Shown in pieces: positions 36,103 through 49,268 of a stretch of 64,000 nucleotides of DNA (its first letter is position 1; the number at the start of each line of letters is the position of its first letter). The stretch covers positions 186,001-250,000 of the forward strand of contig JAVHYY010000112.1 of assembly GCA_035221665.1 (NCBI GenBank), written 5' to 3'. A model generated the notes under the pieces. The model saw only the letters and a list, made by a program, of their open reading frames with translations. It was not told where the DNA came from and did no database searches. The DNA comes from Okamejei kenojei (taxonomy: Eukaryota). A program made the position numbers and the translations under genes.

Positions 36103-37431
36103 CAACAGCTTCGAAATGAAAGTCCGCGGCAGCCATCGGCGCAGTTTCTCAATAAACGCGGTATTCGAATGTTCCATTGTCTATCGGAACCCGAAATTCT
36201 TCATTCAAAACTTGATAAATGCTTTCATTTAATAGCAACATCATGGGTAACTTTCCACAACTACGGTGGCGATGAAGTAACGAGCTGCCGGAGGAAGGCA
36301 GTCACGGCAGAGACAATCGCAACGTGAAGAAACAACTAGACAGGGACATGGATTTGGACATGTTATAAGGATAAGGGCAAAACTACGAAGCAGGCGGAAT
36401 ACTAAACTGCTGGATTAACTCAGCGGACAGGCATCATATTCTGCAGAGAGGAATGGTGACGTTTCGTGTCGAGACACTTCTTTATAACGTTTTCAGATGG
36501 GGCATTTGTCGGTCGTGGGCAAGTTTAGGCGAATGAGCGCCTGTTTTTCCATTCTGTAAGACTTGATGACTGTAATTAATTTCGGAGTCATCCGGAGGAA
36601 AGATAAGCGGTCTCATGGTTAACCTGCGACCTCCACACAGTCAGCACCTAAGTAGAAAAAAACGGAACGCTTCACCCACTGTGCCATAGTAGAGGCGGAG
36701 GCGTAATAACAGAGATGGGGGCATCAACGATAGAAATACAATTTAGTTCATTCGAAAAATAAAATTGAATTTTAGTTATGTTTAGAGATACAGCGCAGAC
36801 CAGGTCCCTCGGCCCAACGAGACCGCACCGACCCCAGCAACCCCCAACACATTTTTCAATTTAACATAAACCCGCCGCACACTAGCGCCAATTGATGCAA
36901 CGTTACAGAAGGCAATTACCTACATACCTGTACGCCACGGTCACGGCGAAGACCCACGAGGTCACAGCTAGAACCATAAACTCCAGAAACAGACAGCACA
37001 CGTAGCGTACTGTCTACGGCGCTTCAAGTGCTGTAAGGCAGCAACTCTTGCGCCTGCGCCCCACCGTGGACCCGCCCGGAATGCAATTAGGTTGGGTTGG
37101 AATGGTGGGCAGGAAATAATTCACGCAAATCCCTTTGCGTTTGGGAGCACAGCGTGAATGTTGGTAAATGAACACAAACGCAATTTTCCGCGAGAGAATA
37201 ATAAAGATAGGCACCAAGTCAAATAATGAATCCACCACGCCATGATAAAACGTTAAAAATCAACAAATTGCCTTTCTCATCATGAATAAACAGTGATCTA
37301 GTAAATGTTTGATGAAAAGCCCGCCGGGGAAGAAAGAAAAGTGGATCTCACATTGAAACTGGAGATGAAGAACCAACAAAATAATTTGCAGCAATTTGAA
37401 ATGTGACATATGTTGTTAAAGTAGAGAAGCG

Positions 37432-38086
37432 TGTGAGATACCCTTTATCTCACAATTAATACTCAAAGACTAAATCCTGGAAGCAAGGATTTCTTTATTT
37501 TCCGAGTCTGCAGACACGGTTGCCTCTCCAACTCGAGACACACCGAAGCCAGAGAGATCATCCCCCTTTATACACAAAATCTTACATTCAATTCCCCCTC
37601 CGGACCCTTCTCCAATCAGGGTCGGAGGTGCACAATCTGTAGGTACATCCCACCGTACATCCCCTCGCACCTTCCCAATAACATACATTGCATGTTCAAA
37701 CAGTTCATGGTAATGAACATTTCTTGACCAGGGTGTGTTGTAATATCATTTATTCTATTAAGCATGCTCAATTGCTCATGACTATTCTTTTGGCCGCCCG
37801 AGGTTTTACTTCACCTCCTAGTGAACCTCTCAGTTTTCCTATATCAGTATAAAGCTAAGCTATAGTGACAAGGTCCCATCCAACACCTCCTTTCCACCTG
37901 ATGGGATCTCTCTATATCACTCCTTCTCTAGCTATACAAATGCTATCTCTCTACTCAAGGACTCAAGGATGGGTTTGGCAACCTTCAGACACTGCTGTGG
38001 TCGGAATTCTCTCTCCAGGCCCCATCTGTTTTGAATTATCTTAAAACATCCTTCTTTAATAGGGTTTTAATCACTTTATCCTCACA
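37432..38086 (-). repeat. ERV 3' LTR
   Basis: Direct repeat of 43626-44282 with TG...CA ends. Confidence 0.93.
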
Positions 38087-38149
38087 ATGCGCAGCGCGAG
38101 AGATTTTCTTTGCACGCATACACAGAATTAAACCCCTCATTTTTAAGTT

Positions 38150-39900
38150 TCCTTCATTACGAACTGACGTACACATCGTCCTAACCTTCTCTCTTCCTCC
38201 TGTAAATCATAAACTTCCCCCTGCCGCATAACATTATTTTCCGTATTTCCCCCTCTCTCTCCCATATGCAGGAACTACAGCCAGCTCGACATATCTCCGG
38301 TAAATAGTTCCCTAAACAAGGGATACAACAGGGGATAAAGATCCAGTCCCGCCACTGCACATAGAAACACAAGTCCCACCGTTCTCCACCATGTGTCTCG
38401 AGGATGGAATCCCACCATTTGGGTTCCCATAATTCGAATTCCGACTTTTGTATTGGAACATGCGCCAACTTCCGGATCTTCTCTATGTCCAATCACTGCC
38501 TGTCCTTTATTATCGATTGTTCAAACGGCAATTAAGAGAGGTTGAATTTCCCGCATACCCCACCTTCTTCTGCCAGGAGTAATCTAGTGCTAAACGTTCT
38601 GGTATATCGCAGCACTCAAATCTGGCGTCTGCTGCTTGCCCAGCATCTCCCAGCGCCCCCGCAGTTTTGTTGTGATTACCTCCAGTACTGCCCAGTAGCC
38701 CTTATGATACGGTTTAACATTTGTACTGGTGTTCGTAAGCCCCAGATCCATCCTGTGCCCAAGTGGCTGGTCCGTAGTTGAGATGAACTCTTGCTGGTGG
38801 CCATTCATCTCTTCCCATTCTCCAATTGTCTATTTTCCTCTTTTTCCGATATAGGTCATCAAATACAGGTGTTTCCTAACGACCGGCCTTCTTTGGGTTT
38901 GAAACTAGGCAGAATCCAAGGTTGTACCAGTCCAATAAAACAAGTCCCCACCCAATTCACGGTAACACCGAGTATGCCTTTTATCCGCATATCATAACAA
39001 TCCTTCAGGGGCCTGTCCACTGAGGCAAACCTTGTTCCATATATCTCGCAAGTCTGGGATCCCCTGATAAGGTTTATTTCCGGTGTCAGTCCATAGTCCG
39101 CTGACTCCCTCCATCAATCTTCCATCCCGGATAGCGCAGTTTTTTCCATATTTCTTAGTTATATACCATTTAGGCTCCTCTGGCCCACCACACTGCGGGA
39201 CGATTTGGCCCACTGGGTGACGAGCCTGGCAGGGGCTGCTGCCTACTTTGGACGGCATCCTATTGCCCAGGGCCTAGCGATACACACATTCCCCCGACCG
39301 AGCGTCTGTTCAGGGACCCATACCTGGGGAACTCGGTCCCTTGGTCCAACTGTCAGGTTTTCCACCCCATTCAGGTTCACATATTTCAACAATGGATCCT
39401 CTACACGTCCAGCGTAATTCATCAGTGTCCTCCGCAGACCCAACAGTTATTCACATCCAGGGTCCCAGCTATCCGGGTGGCAAGTCCACAATCAGTATTT
39501 TTTTTCTCCTCAGAATTTCGATCTGCTTACTTGAGTTCTTCGTACAGTGTCCTGGTGCACTTGAGGCTGAGTATGTGGTAGGGGGAGGCTTAGTGACTAC
39601 TACCTTAGTAACCTCTTTTAACTGCTTTCCTCCTTCGCTTATATATTGCCCCTTTTACGATCAGAGAGGGATAACTAACTGTACACAAACCCATCTCTCT
39701 CCCCTTGGCAGGTAACGGCCCCAAAAACCTTCCCTATATACCCCCCGTATTAGCTGCCATCAATACTCCTTTCCCCCCACTTTACAAATGGTCTAGTCTT
39801 TCGTCATGGCATACTACAGTTCACGATGGAAAAGATAGTGTAAAATGATTCTGGTTAATACCCCTCTGTAATGAATAGGATGATTAACATTTATCACATT
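38150..39900 (-). pseudogene. env: ERV env, gamma-type with ERV3-like TM region, frameshifted
   Basis: Across frameshifts: WAQDG.WGY, LNRII...AVLEVIT, AIYQN.LALDY.LAEEGGVCGKFNLS.C and IRKLAHVPIQ...CCIPC (immunosuppressive domain and CX6CC-like region). 5' boundary approximate. Confidence 0.8.
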
Positions 39901-39999
39901 ATTAATACCTTTTTACAACAACAATTACATACAAAGCAAACAATACCACACGACTGCTCCTTTCAATACTGTCATTATACATTCAATGCTTTTTTAAAA

Positions 40000-41790
40000 T
40001 TACTTGTTAGGTGTTTGTTTTCCTGGCTTCACCGTCCACTGTTCCTCCTCCTCATCTGGAACGGGTGTAATCGACGGCGTCCCTTTAACCCGATCGCGTG
40101 GTGGGTCCATCACCCTTTTCTTTCTTTTAGTTCGTATTGCTGTCTCGGTTGTCATTGATACTAGGTATAGGCCGGTCCACCTGGCTGGAGTTTCTCCTCC
40201 TTCCAATTCTTGACCAGTACCCAGCTCGCACGGCCTTTACAGCATGTATCGGAAAAGTCGAGTGGTGGGCGTTTGAGCCAATAGTCCTTTAGCTTTTAAT
40301 TCTGTAAAGGGTCACGGGATACTGCCATAAAATACAGTTCCTTAAGAATACATCACTGCCCTCTATGGGTGGTATTCCATTCTATCTTTCCAAATAATGT
40401 AACCCAAACGACATTTCCATAGGGGGACACTGCTAACTTTGCATGGGGTCTCCGTTGCTTTTCTCAAAGCCTTTCTGTTTCCCTACTGCTCCAAACAAAA
40501 TGGGGTATGCCAGACTCCATGTACCTATGCTGCTCTTAAAGCCTTTAATTTTCTGAGCCAATTGAGCTAAGCAAGATTGCAGGCAAGCTTCCAATTTGAT
40601 CCTGCGCTATAGCTTTTTACTTCTTTAGATATTACTCGTCCAAAATATTCTAGAGCGAGCGGCCTGCTGCTGACAAAACAAAAAAACGTCTTCCTTATAC
40701 ATCATGACCTCCTGTGCCAATCACCCAACTTTTCCAAGATCAAAACCGCGACACCTTACACCATCATAAAGCCAACTGACATACTCACAGACAAGTCTCG
40801 TCACATTGCTCCTATGAGTGATGTCACGGCGTCCACTCCTCCACGTGGTTATATCAAACCAACAAATCATGCCACATAGGCGAGGGGGGGAGGGTATCAA
40901 CACCTTCCAAATCTGCCTACAACATCTGATTAAAAGCACACGCACGCGCTTAGTATTTAAAAACGCTGGCCAAGTCATCCTAGCCCTAGGTTATTTAATA
41001 CCACTTACCTTAATGTTCTTACCATAGCTATGGTTCACCATTATCTTAATATTATTATTAAGATCATTATTATTATTTTTATTTCCTGATTATCGTAAAC
41101 CTGTTCACATCCCCAACACACCTTATCCATTACCTATCTCCTTACTAGCCTTGTCCCTGGGCTTAGAACCAGATTTAATTTCACTCCCGATAGGGCATTT
41201 GAGAAAACACTCTCCCAAATACATTTATTATTGGCATGGAATCTCTGGCCCCTGTTTGGCTCTGTCATAGGACTCATTGTGTGTCGGTGCATTACTTATT
41301 TCAGACTTTTCAACCAGAGTCTGGTTTGTTACTGACAACATTGTCTTTCCTTTTCACGCTCTTTTCTTTCTAAAGCAGTCTCATCAATTCATCCCTCTGC
41401 TTCCCACTTTAAATCCTTTCTGATCTGCCTTCTTTCTCATTCTAAACTCAATGTCTTACTTCTCATCAGATAGTTTATCCTCCTTTGCAAATTTATTCAC
41501 CTTCCTTTTAAAATCTTCCACTGACTTCTTGATCCTCATTTTTTACCTGTTCACCACCACCCCTTCTAAACCTCGGGTAATGTCATCACTTTCCCTTCTA
41601 CCACTGAGATTCTAACTTGTTTTTTTACCCAATCTCATTCCTTCTGGTACCTTAGACCATTTAGTTACACTCGATCTTCTGCTCCCAAATCTACCATAAA
41701 TATCATAATCCTCATCCCTGGGTCCTAATATCAAGTTTACCAGACGTTCCCTGTGTGTATCCCATACACCCCAGGGAGGCGGAACCCCTG
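40000..41790 (-). pseudogene. pol: ERV pro and residual pol (patches of RT end, RNase H and integrase C-terminus; most of pol deleted)
   Basis: FMVDLGA protease-like motif (~41685-41705); FGAVGKQKGF..SNGDP RNase H-like patch (~40445-40505); RWTGLYLVSMTTETAIRT integrase C-terminus (40000-40206). Far too short for a complete pol. Confidence 0.65.
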
Positions 41791-41799
41791 ACTCCCCTA

Positions 41800-43338
41800 T
41801 TCTTCTCTCCATGAGTGCGTACGACTGCACCTCCCGTCGTAGCCTGGGACATTTCCTCTTGAAATGACCCTCCTCGTTACAATACTAACACCGGGGTGGC
41901 CCCGGTACCACCCTTCTGATCCTTGTTCCATTGTTTTTCCCGGGGACCCCCAACTTCGGTCCCCTCCATTCACCCTCTTCCTCGTCCTCTAATACTACCG
42001 CTTCCCTTCCCTCGTCTCTACGAGCACCCGGCTTTCTATCACCTTCAATTCCCCTTCTGTACTACTTGCTGTACTGCTTGCAACATCATTTTTATTTTTG
42101 CCTTTTTCCCATTCTGTTTCTCCCATCCCGTCTTACATATACCTTTTGAGCCTCTGTTAACAACTGATTCAATGGTTTTTCATTCCAATCTTCCAATTTT
42201 TCCAATTTCTTTCTAATATCTGGCCATGATTTTGTTACAAAATTAACCTTCAACAACTGCTGACCTGCGGCCGTATCAGGGTCAATATCCCGAAATACTG
42301 CTGGACATTCCTCCTTAACCTTTGTAAGAACACTGTCAGAGGTTCGTCCTTATTCTGCTGATTTTCCAAAAGCCCGTTCGAATTCTGTCCCTTGGAACGG
42401 CTTCCCTCTCTAATTCCCTTGATTATTATCTCCCTGAGATCTCTCATACTTTTTTTCTTCCTTCCCCTGTTTGGTTATTCCAAGTCGGCGCATCAGCCGG
42501 CAACCCCTTTCTCCTGCCTGTCTGACCATCTGTCTTTCTTCTGAAGTAAACAAACTTCCCCTTATTGACATCATTGTCTGCCAACGCTTTTTTTTTTTCC
42601 TGGCCCCATGAATTTATTACCCTTTTCCAACCAGAATGTTTTATCTAAACAAACCATAAAAGCTGCTTGTTGTTCAGCAATTAACTTATTCTAATTTTGT
42701 TCAAACCATCCCCCCTAACAATTCCCAAATTCCAATTCCTAGTTTAAATACATACGACTAACAATTTTCCCAATTGACTTTACTTAAAAGAAAATCTATA
42801 GAAGCCAAGCAACCTACATTTTCCAACTTCCCCTTTTTAAGTTGCGATGATACAAAGCGTTGTCCGTTACCTTACAATATACCATCCCCCATTGCTTACA
42901 ATTCCTTAAAGAACACACACCAACATACTCTTACAACATGTGGCCCACAGCAAACAAACCTATCACATATACAAACTTCCTCATTCATACAAAACCGGTT
43001 TTTTAAACACACATTACATTAGTTCCATTCTTTACCTCAATGAGATTGTTTGAAACAAACTCAATATTTTTCATAAAAACATTTAGGCCCTAGGAACTGA
43101 TCTATTTGTTCAGCCAGTCCCAAGGGGTCTTCCAATAAACTTTTCATCTCCTTTTTAAAGTTCCTCACCCCCATACTGGTGAGAGGCACATAGTTTCCTT
43201 ACTCTTACCCCGGTGTTAACCTTCAACCCCCATCCAACATTCGCCCCAACGGACTATCGGGCGGAATGTTAGGCTCCATATCAGTATGAGCCTCATCCAG
43301 GTTCCCCGGACCCTTACTTCTCCCGTTCCGGTTTCCAT
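41800..43338 (-). pseudogene. gag: ERV gag, disrupted
   Basis: IPPDSPLGRML (MA), NFKKEMKSLLEDPLGLAEQIDQFLGP and QQNKDEP..FLQRLR (CA/MHR), and a CX2CX4HX4C knuckle C*YCNEEGHFKRKC at ~41850-41891. Confidence 0.8.
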
Positions 43339-43604
43339 TACCTCGTCGGACTATTCCCGTCCGACAGACCCCGGTCGCCCAGGTAATACTTAATAGTCGT
43401 TTTTCTTACCTGGGTCCTGTGCACAAGAATCGCTCGACCGTCCCGTACGTATTTACCTTACACCCCCTCTTGCTTCTCGAGTCTTTTCCAGCGGATATCA
43501 CTCGCTCAAAACTGCTGATGGCAAGCAAGGAGATTAGAGACTGCTGAAATCAGCAGGGTGCACTTCCCCTCCTTCGTTGCCTCCACCAAGCAGCCGGAGT
43601 GGCG

Positions 43605-43622
43605 ATCGCGGACGAGCCCCCA
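43605..43622 (-). promoter_or_regulatory. Primer binding site, tRNA-Pro
   Basis: TGGGGGCTCGTCCGCGAT, 3 nt after the 5' LTR; 17/18 match to the MLV-type Pro PBS TGGGGGCTCGTCCGGGAT. Confidence 0.9.
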
Positions 43623-43625
43623 ATT

Positions 43626-44282
43626 TGTGAGATACCCTTTATGCTCACAATTATACTCAAAGACTAAATTCTGGAAGCAAAAAGATTTCTTTATTTTACG
43701 AGTCTGCAGACCGGGTGCCGCTCCAACTCGAGACACACCGAAGCCAGAGAGAATCATCCCCCTTTATACACAAAATCTTACATTCAATCCCCCCTCCGGA
43801 CCCTTCTTTCAATCAGGGTCGGAGGTGCACAATCTGTAGGTACATCCCACCGTACATCCCCTCGCACCTCCCATATCATACATTGCATGTTTCAAACATG
43901 TTCATGGTAATGAGCAATTTCTTGACCAGGGGGTGTGTTTGTAATATTCATTTATTCTATTAAAGCATGCTCAATTGCTCATGACCTGGCCCAGTTTTAC
44001 TCACCTCCTAGTGAACCCTCTCAGTTTTCCTATAATCAGTACTAAAGCTAAGCTACAGTGACAAGGGTCCCATCCATCACTCCTTTCCACTGATAGGGAT
44101 CTCTATACATCACTCCCTTCTCTAGCTATACAATGAATCTCTTCTTACTCAAGGCCTCACGGATGGGTTTTGGCAACCTTCAGACACTGCTGTGTCAGAA
44201 TCCTCTCTCCAGCCCCTCTCTGTTTTGAATTCTCTTTAAAACTCCTTTCTTTAATAGGGTTTAATCACTTTAATCCCTCACA
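43626..44282 (-). repeat. ERV 5' LTR
   Basis: Direct repeat of 37432-38086, adjacent to the PBS. Confidence 0.93.
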
Positions 44283-44829
44283 AGCGTATTGGCGTTCAAA
44301 TATTCATCTGAATCGCGGATTCCATGCCTTTCCCTCAACATCTCCTCTGTGCCATTTTACAAAGCCATTGTCCACATATCGCCCCATACACGTGCCTTTG
44401 CCCTTATTTCCTTTCATCCACTGACAAAGCTCGATTGTTTTAGTATGTTATCAGTGGCATTAGTTTTACGTATGTTTTGAGATAAATTCACTGCTTTAAC
44501 TGAGAAATTCTTGTCACTGTTATTTTGAAGAACGTGCGCCATTGAAGGACATCGTTGGCGACTTAATGCCTATCTTTATCATTCACTTAAAAAAATCGTG
44601 TTAAACCGTTATTCAACCTGAAGTTGGTTCATCCCAAGGTCTGCCTCACTGATTACTGTATTCAGAATAAAATATACCGTACGTCCAACAGTAGCAGTGC
44701 CCCCAAGTTTCGACTCAGTGGATCGGTGATTTAGTCGGAGTATTTGGCAAATAACCTTGCAGCGTAGTTACACGATTGACCAACTAACCGAGATACACGC
44801 ATGTGTACACTGTGATGACGGTCCAGGTC

Positions 44830-45410
44830 CAGTAATTCAGTATTTTACTTTAATGTCATTTAACTGAGTACTTACATACACAGAAGAAACGAAAAGTTGT
44901 TTCTCAATCAGTCCCCATCAGTGCAGATTAATAAAAACAGAAATAAATACATACAACTTAACAAAATTAAAATGAACATATCTAAAAAGTAGGCTTAAAC
45001 TTTGAACTAAAAAAAACAGACATTCCAGAATGAACGGTAGCATGCTTTGACAGGTGCCTAGCTGTCAACGTATGGGCGAGGTTAGATGATTTGGTGGGTG
45101 GTGTATGGGGAGGGGACACAGTCCGTCTTTGCCTGTGGGAAGAAGCTGTGTAGCATCCTGCAGGTTTTGCAGCTGATGCTCCTGTACCTCTTCCCAGATG
45201 GCAGAATGTAGAAGATGTTATGTGATGGGCGATGTGGGTCCTTAATAATGGAGATGGCTTTAACGGAAGCTACACTTCTGATAGATCTCCAACAGGAAAG
45301 GGAGTGGAGCACCGATGATCCTACTGGCTGTCTTCACTATACCTGTTAAGTTGTTTTTTCTACATAAAGCCTTGCTGCTCCCAAACCAGGAAGTGATGCT
45401 GTAGGTCTAT
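44830..45410 (-). mobile_element. Rex1/Babar-like LINE 3' fragment
   Basis: KAISIIKDPHRPSHNIFYILPSGKRYRSISCKTCRMLHSFFPQA, typical of the C-terminus of this LINE group. Confidence 0.75.
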
Positions 45411-47380
45411 AACAATAAAATACCAGGTTATTCTGACGATCACTTATTTTCACAGCTGAGTTCACGCAGATCAATAACATTCGAACACTTTAATACACGC
45501 CGACATTTTCCAGAAAGATATCCAATTTAACGAAGAACATTTTATGTGGCAACGTGTCTTTATTTGAAATAAAAATAATTTTCATCTTGCTTGTTTCGCT
45601 TCCCTTATGTATGAATTAGGATCGTGCTTCCGTATACCTTACCCTTTCTATCAGAACAGCCTTCCGGTCCATTCTTGAAAGCAATCAGAAAATGATCCAA
45701 TTCCGTGTAAATCAGGCCTAACTTTATTTATTGCAGGGAAGAGAACACGGTTGACAATTTCGCAATGCGTTGTTCATTTTCTGGCGTCATGGTGATGCAG
45801 CAGATATTACATTTGCCTTGCGCAAAAGAAAGCATTGTAGCGCATGAGAGGCAAGTCACAAATGACTAGAGATGCAGGGATGTGCAGCAAAAAATAAAAG
45901 TATGTGTTGGAGGACTTCAGCGGCGTCTGGCAGACACTGTACAAGAAAATTGAATGCGTGAGACGAGGTGTAGTTACACGAACGGTGAATCCCCACCTGA
46001 GGATTAAAGAATTAGTGGATGGACTCTGCTGAGGGGGAGATTGGTGGAGATAACAGCAGGGATTGGAACGTAGCCTGTTTTTTTTTTCGTTGGCCACATG
46101 GAGCATCCTTTGTTCCAAACCCATTCTCGCAAATATCCCCATTCGGTCTCCGCTTCGCGGGACTACGGCTTGTGGACTGCGTCTTGGACTCAGGCAGTAC
46201 AGGCTTATATTATTAATTTCGCCACTATTGTCCGCCCCGGCCTCAAATGACTGGAACACTTTGCGCCTCCTTTTTCCTAATCGTGTTGGCTCTGTAACCC
46301 TATGGTTACACCGACTCAATAGATGAGGGGTGATGTAATCTGCAGCAAAAAAAAAAACATTTGCTGGAGCTGCGTCCACTTGAGCCCTGTTGAGACCAGT
46401 ATCCCGGCAAGTGCACAACGCGGCAGTAGATAGGCATCCTGCTGCAAGTAGGAAGTGTCAATAAGAGTTACTTTGCATAGAGGAGGCACGCAGGTCACGT
46501 GATGTGTTGTAGGTTACACTGACTCACTTCGTCATATTTTCCCGCTCCTCCAGCCCTTTCCTTTTGGCGACCACGGATCGATTCGGGGGCCCGTGTTGTT
46601 GAATGGTTGACACCAACTCAGAAATAGGAGCCGCGCCAGGCTTCCGCGGCGCTAGCAATGTGCAAATGTAGAATCGCCCTCCTCATGTCCGCGTCTGCGA
46701 TGACGTTGACAATAAAGCACTCGATGTGCTGCGCTCAGCTGCAATGAGCAACATTGCATTCCCCAATCGAGCATAATATCGCCAATGCAGGGAGTACACT
46801 GATGAAGAAGATTATGTTCATCCTCGTCGCCAATAAGCGATACATTTTCAATCTCGGTATCATTCATAATCGCACTAAAGTTCTGTTTTAATGCCACGTT
46901 GTTATCTTCCGTCCAGCTAACAATGATATTCGACTACCTGGAACACCGTCCGCTTTGATCTATCGTTTTTCGCACGTTACCCTTCCATATCTCTAGGCTC
47001 ACTCTCCCCTGACTCTCAGTCTCGAACCCAAATGTCACCCATCTTCTCTCCGGATATGTCCTTTGTCCCATTGTTACTCCAGCATGTTGTGTCTATCTTC
47101 TGTAGGGTACTACAAGATGTAACTCCACAAGGAGCTGTGCAGGCCAGTGCACATCTACCCCATTGTTGACATTGGGTTTTGAATCTGGAATTGAAGCGCT
47201 ACAATGTGGATAACTTTATTCTGTACTCTGTATCTTTCCCTTTGCTCTATCTATTGCACTTCGGTTTGAATTGGTTGTATTTATGAATCGTTATCTAATC
47301 TGTTGGCCAGCATGGAAAGTATAGTTTAAAACTGTATCTTTGAGCATTATATATCTAAACCTAATCCATGTGTTTTTCGG

Positions 47381-47490
47381 ACACAAGACACGGCGATTCT
47401 GTTCACACAGATGCTGCCCTCAGCACGGAAGCACAGAAAGGGAGTTGGTGGGTTTCAGCGGCGCCGATGGTACCGCAAGCCAGCCCTCGA
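47381..47490 (+). pseudogene. Inverted 5' V-exon fragment (with ~150 bp of intron) facing V7
   Basis: atccatgtgtttttcgg (acceptor CAG>CGG), then DTRHGDSV.QMLPSARK...VGFS and WYRK (47468-47479). Upstream 47230-47380 aligns with the reverse complement of the V7 intron. Confidence 0.7.
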
Positions 47491-47592
47491 GAGAAACTGA
47501 GTGAGTTGGGAAGAATTCTCAGTCGGCGGAAAACCACAACCGCGAAGCGCGGTGCAGAAGTATCTAGCTGCAGCAGGCAAAGCAGAAGCTGA

Positions 47593-47631
47593 TGTTTTTG
47601 TAGGAAGGTTTAACTTGTTTCCATCACTGTG
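47593..47631 (-). other. 23-RSS of V7 (CACAGTG-23-ACAAAAACA)
   Basis: cactgtg at 47625-47631, tgtttttgt at 47593-47601. Confidence 0.92.
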
Positions 47632-48574
47632 CGTCTAAAGACGCAGTAATAAACTGCAGAGTCGCTCAACTTCAGCCCCGAGAGGTTAAACTGACTAATG
47701 TTCTATTCGGTCTGGAGCTGGACAGAGAAGCGATCGCCTGCAAAATCAGCTTTGTCCTCGGTTCCTGTTGAGTATATACTCAGTATGAACTCGGGCCTTG
47801 AGTCCTGATGATGCCGGTACCAATATAAGTAGTAGTACGTTTCTGTGGTATCATAGGTGCAGCTGAAAGTCATCATCGACTCTCCTTCTAACTTTTGTGC
47901 TGAAGGCAGCGATTGCGTGACGGTATCTCCATGATTGGGATCTGAAAACATATGGGATTAGATTTAGGTTTTGTTATGCGTGCAACGAAATACGCGGAAG
48001 AACTGTGCATTACATGTCACCCATACAGATCAACTGATAATATACTTAAATATAATAAAATCAAACGCACGTTCAATAGATAGATATAGGGAAGACAGCG
48101 AGTGCAGAATAAAGTTATTATTATTGTAGCGAATGAGTTCCAGGGACAAAGACCAATGTCGACATGCATCGGGGTAGATATGCATCGCATAGTTCGCTTG
48201 CATATCGAGGTGAATCGAACATTGCTGCGGCTTATATGTAGGAAGGAACTGCAGATGCTGACTTAAACCGAAGTTAGACACAAAAAGCTGTAGTATCTCA
48301 GCGGGTCAGCCAGCCTCATTTGACAAAACGAATAAGTGACCTGAAGAAGGGTCTCGACCAGAAACATTACCTATACCAATTTATTTTTCTCCATGACATA
48401 TGGATGGCGATTCTCCATGGCATATGGATGGCGATTTACATATAGGGAACTATTAGACTGGTTCGCATTCACAATGACCGGTGATATTCGGTCGGAGCAA
48501 GTAGCCGGATTAACTGCTGCGATTTTACCTATCAGGCACGCTCCCCACACAATCCAAATGGCAAATACGCGCAT
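47632..48574 (-). pseudogene. TCR V segment V7 (leader 48529-48574, V exon 47632-47941); single in-frame stop in FR3
   Basis: Leader MRVFAIWIVWGACLI-G|GTAAA. Exon reads DPNHGDTVTQSLPSAQKLEGESMMTFSCTYDTTETYYYLYWYRHHQDSRPEFILSIYSTGTEDKADFAGDRFSVQLQTE*NISQFNLSGLKLSDSAVYYCVFR. The stop arises from compensating +1/-1 indels, so it may be an assembly error. Confidence 0.88.
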
Positions 48575-49268
48575 TTTCCCTGTGGAAACCCCTTTGTGAA
48601 ATTCCCTCCTCGACCTGTGCTGTGCGGCTTTCGGATGTTCTCGCCTCTTCTGCTGGTGCTGGTGGCGCTGTGGTAACGGTGGGCGGGAAGACACTGACTC
48701 CGCCTACCCCAGCTTCCTCCCCAGTTGGGACTCGGTTTGTGTTCTTTCAGGTTAGGCATATAGTGACTCGGTGGGGATGGAAACGCCCTCTTCGCTGTAA
48801 CAGGGGAAACCCGCGTCGACTTTATGAGGAACTCTAAAGTATCATAATGTACAGGAACTTTGAGGATCGGGTCAATGCGGGAGTTATAGGTTACGGTGAT
48901 TGCCTGGCGAAATGTACTTTCTGTTTTAAATTACTTCAGAGTTAGAAATTATCCCTATTCACACATCGAACCGCAATGAACGGATTCGATGGGAGATAGA
49001 ATATATCGGGTAAACGCCCTTGCCCCGTATAGGGGAATAGAGAAACCAGAGGATACAGGTTTAAGCTGTGTGTGTGTGTGTGTGGTGGGGATTTAATAGG
49101 AACCAGCAGGGCAACCTTTTTACACAAACGGTGGGTGGGTGTCTAGATCGAGCTGCCGGGGTAGGTAGTGGGGGAAGGTACTAGCGCAACGCGTTAGACA
49201 CGTACATGGAATGGATTGACATGGAGGTATATGGGCCAAGCGCAGGCTGGTTAGTGTAGATTGGATTA

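Larger units (their letters stand above)
37432..44282 (-). mobile_element. Class I (gamma/epsilon-like) endogenous retrovirus provirus with two LTRs
   Basis: LTRs at 37432-38086 and 43626-44282 (TGTGAG...CTCACA), 4-bp TSD AGCG (37428-37431 and 44283-44286), tRNA-Pro PBS, and gag, pro, residual pol and env on the minus strand. Confidence 0.95.

Noticed and set aside
45935-45941. TACAGTG as an RSS heptamer for the V-like ghost exon
   Set aside because: Lacks the essential first C, and no nonamer at 12- or 23-nt spacing.
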